Notes under the pieces: generated by a model | Database searches by the model: none | What the model was told of the DNA's origin: nothing | What the model saw: only the letters and a program-made list of their open reading frames with translations | Assembly: GCF_028689845.1 (NCBI RefSeq) | Contig: NZ_JAQVCH010000014.1 | Location: 1,307 to 65,306, forward strand | Length of the DNA: 64,000 bases | Reading direction: 5' to 3' | Source: Flavobacterium sp. | Lineage (GTDB): Bacteria; Bacteroidota; Bacteroidia; Flavobacteriales; Flavobacteriaceae | Translations under genes and position numbers: made by a program | Shown here: piece by piece, positions 26,651 through 34,434 of the stretch | How the letters are laid out: every line of letters begins with the position of its first letter | Position numbering within the stretch: the stretch's first letter is position 1

Positions 26651-27268
26651 TTATATTTTTAATACTTTCTCATCCACAAGAACCCATTCTTTGCCATTAG
26701 ATGTAATCTGAATGGTTTTGTTTAATAGATTTCCCTTTAATGATTCGATTGATTTAGTTGTTATTTTTGACCTTTCGTTCACTTCTAAAAATAAATCACG
26801 AACTTCAATCAAACCCCAGCCTTGCTTATCTTCTCTTGAAAAGTATAAATACAAATTTCTGAAGGTTTCAGGGTATCCCAAGCGGTATGTTCCATTTCCA
26901 CCTGCTGTGGCAAAAATCGGTGCACTTTCTCCTTTTTTTATTCCCGAAACCGTTCTTGATACAGTATGAATCTCATTCTTTATTTCTGCGATTTTTGCAT
27001 CAAATATTTCTTTGCTTTCCCTATCATTTATTTTCTCATCCGTAAGATTAATATTTATGGCACATAGACCTTGGTCACTTGTGCTTGGAAGAAAATTTAT
27101 TTGGTAACAAGTATCGTCGAAACGGTGGCGATAGTATTCCTGAAAGTTTTCCTTGAATTCATTTCTGTTTTTGAATTTTGAAATATGGAAATAGTAACTA
27201 TTGTCATCCTCGCCAAGAATATAGCCATAACCTCTATCAGAGAAATATTTTATAATAACACCTTTCAT
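26651..27268 (-). CDS. Cold-shock-domain-like N-terminus fused to an unknown C-terminal domain
   Basis: MKGVIIKYFSDRGYGYILGEDDNSYYFHIS resembles a CSD (RNP-like aromatic residues). 205 aa. Confidence 0.55.
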   Translation of the reverse strand: MKGVIIKYFSDRGYGYILGEDDNSYYFHISKFKNRNEFKENFQEYYRHRFDDTCYQINFLPSTSDQGLCAININLTDEKINDRESKEIFDAKIAEIKNEIHTVSRTVSGIKKGESAPIFATAGGNGTYRLGYPETFRNLYLYFSREDKQGWGLIEVRDLFLEVNERSKITTKSIESLKGNLLNKTIQITSNGKEWVLVDEKVLKI

Positions 27269-27558
27269 TTACGTAATATTTTAAATTTTTATAATTGTCT
27301 ATCAAATATATAGATTATTTAACAATACGCCTAGAGATTCAAATCAGTACACTTTTTGCTGACGATTTACAAATATGAGATATAGAATATTTTGGTTTTC
27401 GTATGTGTTTATAATAAGTATTTATAAACAACCATTAAAGCTTTTTTCTATAATTAATTGAAAAAAGTCCCTTGATTTTAACTTTTGAAACCAACTTATA
27501 TAGAATGAATCTATTTTTTAAATCCCTATATTTACACAAAAATAAACCGATTAATTAA

Positions 27559-30462
27559 ATGGCAACAACAGTTTTTGAAAACAATATTCAAGAACTTAAT
27601 TTCACCTTTATTACAGACAAAGGTAGAAGCGGCGTATTGTTAACAGAAAGTTACGAGAACCTTTCGCAGACAATATCTAGTCCGGATATACTATTTGCAT
27701 TGGAAACGGCAAAAATTAAATTTGAAGCAGACGCTGTTTATTTTCGTTACTTTCAAGACGGGAGAGCTGCTGTTGCTCAGTTGTACATCTTTGATTATAC
27801 AAACAAAACATTAACAACAGAGGATAGAAACCGCATCCATAGAAACATGTGGAACGGTTATCAAGTTCCTGCTTATATTATTATAGAAAAATCTACTGTC
27901 AGTGTATTCGATGCGAGAGAAAAACCTAACGAAGATAAAGAACATTATGCAGAGCAAATTATCACAAAGACAGGTGAAGCATTAAAATCGTTTAATGCAC
28001 AAAGTTTTGATGACGGTTTGTTTTGGGAAGAAGAGGTTAATAAAAAACGCTTTCAATTTGATCAGTCAGCTACTCGAGATTTGATTCGAGGACTTAAGAA
28101 TGTATATGAAGGTTTCCAGAAGGAATCCAATTTAGATAAACATGTTGCGTTAAAACTTTTGGTACAAAGTTTATTGATTAAGTATCTGGAAGAGCGTGAT
28201 GAAGATTCTAAAAGCGGTTATTTTGCAGGAACCTACTTCAAAAATAATTTTCAATGTACTGATTTTTGTGATGCCATTCGCAAAGGTAAATTGCTACTTT
28301 TATTAGATAAATTAGCAGAAGATTTTAATGGAAAAATATTTGAATGGCATAAAAGGGATGAATCGGATGCTAGAGAAGCCATTCAAAAGGTTGAAGTACA
28401 AAGATTAGCAGATTATTTAGATGGAAATAATAACAACGGTCAACTGGTCCTGTGGAGACTTTATTCGTTTTCTCATCTCCCGGTTGAAGTAATCAGTTCT
28501 GTATATGAAGAATTACTTACTAATAGTAAAGACATTGTTTATACACCAGAGATGATTGTATCGACTCTTGTTGATGAGTGTATGCCACTTAAAGTTCCTC
28601 AAAAGAATTTTAAAATAATCGACGTAAGTTGTGGTTCAGGCATTTTTTTAGTAAAAGCTTACAAGCGTATCGTTCAATGGTGGAGATACGAACAGTGGCA
28701 AAAAACAGGGAAATTAGAAAAGCCATCTCTTCCGGTATTAAAAGATTTATTGTTAAAAAGCATACATGGAGTAGATATTCAACAAGACGCTATACGATTA
28801 TCCATTTTTAGTTTGGCGTTAGCTATTTTGGACGAGGTAAATTTAGATCCTCCAACATGGGGTAAACTAAAATTTCCTGACATGAGTGGAAATGTTGTAA
28901 CTAAAGACTTTTTTGAGTTTATAACTAATAATGCTCCAAATGATTTTTCTTTAGTGATTGGAAATCCTCCCTTTAATTTAGCTGAAGTAGATGGGAAGGA
29001 ACCAAGTAGAAAGAAGTACTTTAAAGATTTAAATCAAAAAATAGGATACAAGAGCGACATAATTATTCCGGATGAAAACCCAGCACTTCATTTTTTGGTA
29101 CAATCGATGAAATTGTTAAAAGCGGAAGGGGTATTATCAATGATTCAACCTTCGGTTCCAATCTTATATCAGAAGGATAAAGTTTTCAGGTGTGAGTTAT
29201 TCTCTATGTATAATCTTTTACAAGTAATAGATTTTACAAAACTCTCCGATAAGTTATGGAGTGGGAAAAATGTTCCCACAGCAGCTGTTTTTATTCAAAA
29301 ACTTGTGCCAGATTCTGAACCTGTGTTGCACTTAATTGCTAATCGTACTTTTTCGAATACCAATAGGTTATTTTTAGAGTTCGATCATTATGATTTTCAT
29401 TTTATCACTAAAGAAGAGATAATGGATAATCTTTTTATTTGGAAAGCTAATCTATTAGGAGGAGGTCGAATAGTTAACCTTTTACAAAGGTTATCTAATA
29501 GTAGAACTTTAGGGCAGTTCATTGAATCTTTGAGAGGTCAAGGATGGGTAAGAGGAGAAGGATTTATTGAAAATAAAAGCGGAAAAATAATTGAGTATAT
29601 AACTGGCGAGAATTATTTGCCCGCATTCGCTTTAGAGGAAGACAAAATAAATACTGATGAGATAATCCTTTGTGATGTTAAAAAGTTTCATAGAAAAACA
29701 AATCAATTAATCTTTACGCCTCCTCATTTATTAATTAGAGCACACATTGGACAAAGTAAATTAGTTGCACATTTATCAGATGAATACCTTGTCTTTAGGA
29801 ATAAAATAATTAGTATTCATGCTCCTCAAAAAGACAAAAATTTACTATTAGAAATAGAAAGTTATTTTAAAGAGTTTGGACAACTCTTAAGATTTATAAT
29901 TCTCGCTACAAGTAGTCAAATTAAGGTAAGTCGGCATTCAGTACCCATGACTGAAGATTTTATGGATTTACCATTTCCAGAAGATTTAAACTTATTAAAA
30001 ACTTCAGAAGTTGAAAAAGTAATTATAGAGGATATCCTAAAATATCAATTTTCAAAATTTAATTCTGAGAAAATTGTTAATAGTACTGAGCTCAATTCTT
30101 TTTCTGTAACGTTTAGTAAAACGCTAAATAGTATCTATTATTCAAATAATAATCAATTTCAACTATACAAAATTTTGGATGCCGGAGATTATTATGTTTT
30201 GCATTTTGAGTATGGTGAGAATGTATTTAACTATGAAGAAGAGAAAATTTCAGATTTAGAACAATATATAGAAGAAGCTATTCCTCAAAGTAATACTAAC
30301 CAGCAAGAGATACATATTCAAAAAATAATGAAAGTATATGGCAAGGATAGTATTATTTTGGTAAAGCCAAAGCAATTACGATATTGGTTACCCTCAATTG
30401 CACTACGAGATGCTGATGAAGTATTTGCAGACTATGTAAAAGCCCGTTATCCACATGCTTAG
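27559..30462 (+). CDS. Large gamma-class N6-adenine DNA methyltransferase (type IIG/IIL- or PglX-like)
   Basis: SAM motif I IIDVSCGSGIFLVKA, followed by motif IV VIGNPPF. 967 aa. Confidence 0.8.
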   Translation: MATTVFENNIQELNFTFITDKGRSGVLLTESYENLSQTISSPDILFALETAKIKFEADAVYFRYFQDGRAAVAQLYIFDYTNKTLTTEDRNRIHRNMWNGYQVPAYIIIEKSTVSVFDAREKPNEDKEHYAEQIITKTGEALKSFNAQSFDDGLFWEEEVNKKRFQFDQSATRDLIRGLKNVYEGFQKESNLDKHVALKLLVQSLLIKYLEERDEDSKSGYFAGTYFKNNFQCTDFCDAIRKGKLLLLLDKLAEDFNGKIFEWHKRDESDAREAIQKVEVQRLADYLDGNNNNGQLVLWRLYSFSHLPVEVISSVYEELLTNSKDIVYTPEMIVSTLVDECMPLKVPQKNFKIIDVSCGSGIFLVKAYKRIVQWWRYEQWQKTGKLEKPSLPVLKDLLLKSIHGVDIQQDAIRLSIFSLALAILDEVNLDPPTWGKLKFPDMSGNVVTKDFFEFITNNAPNDFSLVIGNPPFNLAEVDGKEPSRKKYFKDLNQKIGYKSDIIIPDENPALHFLVQSMKLLKAEGVLSMIQPSVPILYQKDKVFRCELFSMYNLLQVIDFTKLSDKLWSGKNVPTAAVFIQKLVPDSEPVLHLIANRTFSNTNRLFLEFDHYDFHFITKEEIMDNLFIWKANLLGGGRIVNLLQRLSNSRTLGQFIESLRGQGWVRGEGFIENKSGKIIEYITGENYLPAFALEEDKINTDEIILCDVKKFHRKTNQLIFTPPHLLIRAHIGQSKLVAHLSDEYLVFRNKIISIHAPQKDKNLLLEIESYFKEFGQLLRFIILATSSQIKVSRHSVPMTEDFMDLPFPEDLNLLKTSEVEKVIIEDILKYQFSKFNSEKIVNSTELNSFSVTFSKTLNSIYYSNNNQFQLYKILDAGDYYVLHFEYGENVFNYEEEKISDLEQYIEEAIPQSNTNQQEIHIQKIMKVYGKDSIILVKPKQLRYWLPSIALRDADEVFADYVKARYPHA

Positions 30463-31132
30463 AAATAGTCAATCTCCATATCAATTACCTTTGTCAAATG
30501 ATTTGTCTGTACCGGATAATCATGAGGTAGAACAGATTTTGTTATTTGTAGACAATTTTGTATCTGGATTTCCCAATTATTATAAAAATATAAAAGATTC
30601 AGATCGTGAAAATAGGGTTAGCGATTTCTTAGTACATCACTTTCAACTGTGTAAAATTGAAAATAATTTAGATTATTTTCCGTACGATTTTAGGAAAAAT
30701 CCAACTCAAGAGGAATCAACGAAGGAGACTGATATTGGCGTTTTTGTATTAACTAGAGGGAGAAAGCCTTATCCTCTTTTGGAATTTGAAGCAAAACGTT
30801 TTTCAGAGTCTTCAAGTAATGAGCAGTATGTGTATGGGAATCGAGGAGGGATTGAGCGTTTTAAACGAGGCCATCATTCATCACATTTGAAAGTATGTGG
30901 CATGTTTGCTTACGTACAAAGTCGTACAATAGATGAATGGTTTACGAAAGTAAATGGATGGTTAACAGATAAATTTAATAACAATTCCGATTCTACAATA
31001 ACATGGATTGAAAAGGAGCAGCTTTTAAAACATTCTAATCTTGTATCAGTTGTGAAATACTTTTCAAATCACCCTAGGGTTAAAGGAACTGATAATATAG
31101 AACTTTGGCATTACTTTATAGACTTGAAATAA
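30455..31132 (+). CDS. PD-(D/E)xK-like nuclease candidate, partner of the methyltransferase
   Basis: TDIGVFV...LLEFEAKRF fits D...ExK. Has an 8-nt overlap with the methyltransferase gene. Confidence 0.5.
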   Translation: MLRNSQSPYQLPLSNDLSVPDNHEVEQILLFVDNFVSGFPNYYKNIKDSDRENRVSDFLVHHFQLCKIENNLDYFPYDFRKNPTQEESTKETDIGVFVLTRGRKPYPLLEFEAKRFSESSSNEQYVYGNRGGIERFKRGHHSSHLKVCGMFAYVQSRTIDEWFTKVNGWLTDKFNNNSDSTITWIEKEQLLKHSNLVSVVKYFSNHPRVKGTDNIELWHYFIDLK

Positions 31133-31216
31133 TTTTTTGAGGATTTTTTCTATTTTTAGAAAATGATTATATTTGCATTCACTTTTCATAAATTTAAATT
31201 ACAACTTAAATTATTA

Positions 31217-31245
31217 AGCGAGACCTTCGGGTTTCGCTTTTTTTG
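31217..31245 (+). terminator. Rho-independent terminator with a UUCG tetraloop
   Basis: agcgagacc-ttcg-ggtttcgct followed by ttttttt. Confidence 0.7.
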
Positions 31246-31391
31246 TTTATTAAGAAACAAATCAATATTTTGTTTTATTTTTTAAATTTAAAATCTTTAT
31301 CATAATTTAATACAAAAGATAGGTTTAATAATACTGAAAATTCCGGCTCAACTTATATCAGTTAATTTGTGAGCAAAAATAGTTACAACCC

Positions 31392-32555
31392 ATGTATCCA
31401 CCTTTAGAAATAAAAAGCAAATATGCTCGAGAAGCACTTTGTAGTACTTCGTTAGAAGATTTACCTGATGAGCAGTGGAAACTGATAGAAAACTTTGAAA
31501 ACTATGCTATTTCCAACTATGGGCGGGTAAAGAGTCTAGAGCGGAATACACTTTCATTTAATGGAAGAGAGAGAAATCAACCGGAACTGATCATGAAGTT
31601 GATTTTTGTTAAACAGTTTAACTATTATCTCAATCGCAGCGATTATAATGTTCATTGTACACTGTCATTTGAAAGTAAAAAATACCGTAAGTCAATTGGA
31701 CGATTAGTTTACTTTCATTTTGTAGAAAAGTTTGATTTGAGTGATCGTTCTATCGTTATATCTTTTAAGGATAATGATAAACTAAACGTGCATTTTGATA
31801 ACTTAGAGAAAATTTCTGTAAGTACCAAAAGATTGAGAACATACGAGTCTGATAGAGCAAGAACTCGTCGGGTTGATTATATAAAGCCAGTGAGTCAATA
31901 TACTGTTTCTGGAAAATTAGTAGCAGATTATGAAACAATCTATGAAGCAGAAAGAGTTGTTGGAGTTGGATGCGAAAGCATTCAAGATGTAATAAACAAG
32001 GAATTTCTAACTGCTGGCGGGTTTCGATGGTTTTTAAAAGATTACCAACCAAAGAGTGAAGATTTTATTGTCAAACCGAAATCGCAATCTTCAGAAAAAC
32101 AGTTTAATGAGTTACTTTGGGAGAAGTTAGGCAAACCACCAATTGATTTAAACAACCCACCTGCTTGTTTGAATCTTTCTCTTAAAGATCTTCCTGGGGA
32201 AGAATGGCGGGCAATTCCATATTTTGAAGATTCTTTTGCTGTTTCTAATAAAGGAAGAGTAAAAAATTTAGGTGGTTGGACTTCGGGGGCTAAAAAGTTT
32301 TTTTTACAAGAGCGAATATTGTCACAAAACTTGGATGATAAATATGAAAAAAAGATGTATCTCTATGTGGTATTATTGCACAAAGGAAAGATTTACAAAA
32401 AAACGACTACTCGTTTACTTTACTACTGCTTTGTTAAAGAATTCGATATAAAGAATAGAAAAAATGTTGTGATTAATCGTAATGAGCCATTTTGGGATAT
32501 AGATATTACAAAACTCTCATTGCGACCCGTAAATTCTGCCTTGAAAAAAAAGTAA
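31392..32555 (+). CDS. Internally duplicated NUMOD4/HNH_3-like (homing-endonuclease-related) DNA-binding protein
   Basis: Two copies of the NUMOD4 pattern: EQWKLIENFENYAISNYGRVKSL and EEWRAIPYFEDSFAVSNKGRVKNL. A central ...GGFRWF motif lies between them. Confidence 0.65.
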   Translation: MYPPLEIKSKYAREALCSTSLEDLPDEQWKLIENFENYAISNYGRVKSLERNTLSFNGRERNQPELIMKLIFVKQFNYYLNRSDYNVHCTLSFESKKYRKSIGRLVYFHFVEKFDLSDRSIVISFKDNDKLNVHFDNLEKISVSTKRLRTYESDRARTRRVDYIKPVSQYTVSGKLVADYETIYEAERVVGVGCESIQDVINKEFLTAGGFRWFLKDYQPKSEDFIVKPKSQSSEKQFNELLWEKLGKPPIDLNNPPACLNLSLKDLPGEEWRAIPYFEDSFAVSNKGRVKNLGGWTSGAKKFFLQERILSQNLDDKYEKKMYLYVVLLHKGKIYKKTTTRLLYYCFVKEFDIKNRKNVVINRNEPFWDIDITKLSLRPVNSALKKK

Positions 32556-32824
32556 AAGGGAATACAAAGACCTAGTAAAATAATATCGACTGTACTTATA
32601 TTATACAGAATAAATTACACTACTCTTTTTGGGCTTTTTATCGAGCTAGGTTTAAAAAGCTAGAAATGCTGGACTCAACAAAATAAGGCAATCAGCGTGG
32701 CTTAAAAATCGATTTAGGGCTATCTTAGGCATAATTCCGTTCGATATATCCCAAAAAAATGCCGTTCAGAAATTTCAAATTCTCGAACGGATTTTTTTGT
32801 TTGTAACTATTTTAAAAACAAAAC

Positions 32825-32857
32825 GTTATAAAATGAAAATGCCACCTTTTAGGTGGC
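32825..32857 (-). terminator. Hairpin plus T-rich tract downstream of tRNA-Asn
   Basis: gccacct-ttt-aggtggc. On the minus strand it is followed by attttcatttt. Confidence 0.5.
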
Positions 32858-32870
32858 ATGTCCAGAAGAG

Positions 32871-32944
32871 CTCCCCCTCTTGGGCTCGAACCAAGGACCC
32901 TCTGATTAACAGTCAGATGCTCTAACCAACTGAGCTAAGGAGGA
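32871..32944 (-). tRNA. tRNA-Asn (anticodon GTT), no encoded CCA
   Basis: Minus-strand sequence TCCTCCTTAGCTCAGTTGGTTAGAGCATCTGACTGTTAATCAGAGGGTCCTTGGTTCGAGCCCAAGAGGGGGAG. The cloverleaf folds with anticodon loop CTGTTAA, T-arm CTTGG/TTCGAGC/CCAAG and a 7-bp acceptor stem containing one G-U pair. Confidence 0.9.
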
Positions 32945-33036
32945 AGGTATATAACCTTTTTTGCGAGTGCAAATATAAAGCGAAATTTCTTCTTTCCAAA
33001 TAAATAATGAAAAATTTTCCGCTTTTCTTTTTCTTT

Positions 33037-34356
33037 TTAACCCGTCACTAAATGCCAAATGTCATTTCCGAACACTAAAGCCATTAAGGTCAATAGAATA
33101 ACAACACCAATAGTTTGAGCAACCTCTAATGTTTTTTCGGTTGGTTTTTTACGCGTAATCATTTCAATTAAGATAAAAACGGCATGACCGCCATCTAAAC
33201 CTGGAATTGGTAGAATATTTAAAAAAGCTAACCATACAGAAAACATCGCCGTAAAGGACCAAAAGAATGTCCAATCCCATTCTGGTTTGAATATTTTAAA
33301 CATCCGCAACGGGCCACTAACTTGTTTGTAAGCTTCTGTTTTTGTATTAAAAATAATTTTAAACTGTTTGATTTGTCCCGTTAAGGTTGAAATTGTTTTG
33401 TTAAAACCAGCAGGAATCGCTTCTAAAAAACTCAATTCTTTGGTTACATAAGCATCCTGTAAGGTATGAAACTGATTCAAAAACCCTAATTTTGAATCTT
33501 CAGTCGTTAAGGCCTTAATGGTAATTGTTTCGTTGTTTCGGATTACTTTTAAGTCAATACTATCGTTGCGATGTAATTGAATCACTGAAGCAAATTCGTC
33601 AAAATATTCAAGATGAATGCCATCAAGTCCAATGATCTTATCGCCCTTTTTCAAGCCTGCTAAATCAGCAGGTCGTCCTGGTACAATCGAATCAATAATG
33701 ATTTCTTCGCGGGCCGCCAAAAAGTTTTTCCCTGCACGTTTAATTACGTCACGTTTCCCTTCATCGGTTAAATCAAACGTTACTTCTTTTCCTTCGCGTT
33801 CCACCGTAATATTGTCTCCAAATAAAATTTCTAAAGGCAATTGATCAAATTTTGTTTGCGTCTTTCCATCTACTTTAAGAATTTTATCGCCATTGCGAAG
33901 ACCTAAAATCTTTCCAACAGAATCTACAGCTACGCCATGCGTAATTTTAGAATTATCAATAAAATTATCACCGTGATTTAGAAACAAACAGATGTAGATT
34001 ATCCAAGCCAAGAAAAAGTTTACAATAACACCACCCATAATGATGATTAAGCGTTGCCAGGCTGGTTTACTTCGGTATTCCCATGGTTGAGGCTCTTGTT
34101 TGAGTTGCTCTTTATCCATGCTTTCATCAATCATTCCTGCAATTTTTACATAACCACCCATAGGAAGCCATCCAATTCCATATTCTGTTTCACCAATTTT
34201 CTTTTTAACTAAAGAAAACCAAGGATTAAAAAATAAATAAAATTTTTCAATACGTGTTTTAAAATATTTGGCAGGTAAAAAGTGACCAAGTTCATGCAGT
34301 ATCACTAAAAAAGACAAACACAAGATCAATTGTGTTATTTGAATAAGTATTTCCAT
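33037..34356 (-). CDS. rseP: RIP metalloprotease RseP (site-2 protease)
   Basis: N-terminal HELGH zinc motif (LHELGHFL), a central PDZ-like region and C-terminal TM helices. 439 aa. Confidence 0.85.
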   Translation of the reverse strand: MEILIQITQLILCLSFLVILHELGHFLPAKYFKTRIEKFYLFFNPWFSLVKKKIGETEYGIGWLPMGGYVKIAGMIDESMDKEQLKQEPQPWEYRSKPAWQRLIIIMGGVIVNFFLAWIIYICLFLNHGDNFIDNSKITHGVAVDSVGKILGLRNGDKILKVDGKTQTKFDQLPLEILFGDNITVEREGKEVTFDLTDEGKRDVIKRAGKNFLAAREEIIIDSIVPGRPADLAGLKKGDKIIGLDGIHLEYFDEFASVIQLHRNDSIDLKVIRNNETITIKALTTEDSKLGFLNQFHTLQDAYVTKELSFLEAIPAGFNKTISTLTGQIKQFKIIFNTKTEAYKQVSGPLRMFKIFKPEWDWTFFWSFTAMFSVWLAFLNILPIPGLDGGHAVFILIEMITRKKPTEKTLEVAQTIGVVILLTLMALVFGNDIWHLVTG

Positions 34357-34434
34357 GAATGCGTTTTAAAATTCAAAATTGCTCACAAAAGTAAGGTTTT
34401 CACTTTACAAATGAACAGAATAAAACGGTTGACA

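Larger units (their letters stand above)
1..32870. mobile_element. Accessory/defence island adjacent to the 3' end of tRNA-Asn; left boundary not resolved and may lie outside the window
   Basis: Serine recombinase, restriction/TA/methylase genes and many orphan ORFs. The island ends exactly where tRNA-Asn and conserved housekeeping genes begin. No direct repeat of the tRNA 3' end was seen in the window. Confidence 0.4.

Noticed and set aside
1-32870. A prophage
   Set aside because: No terminase, portal, capsid, tail or lysis genes are recognisable. The content is dominated by defence, restriction and orphan genes.
3333-32870. A suppressor tRNA (anticodon UCA) in the island's intergenic gaps
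   Set aside because: I scanned by eye the gaps at 3333-3560, 5103-5262, 5605-5862, 6640-6773, 8027-8122, 11996-12095, 12405-12573, 13918-14275, 14794-15094, 22157-22397, 23542-23780, 24240-24416, 27269-27558, 31133-31391 and 32556-32870. None shows a T-arm (GGTTCGA-like) or cloverleaf except tRNA-Asn. This needs confirmation with tRNAscan-SE.
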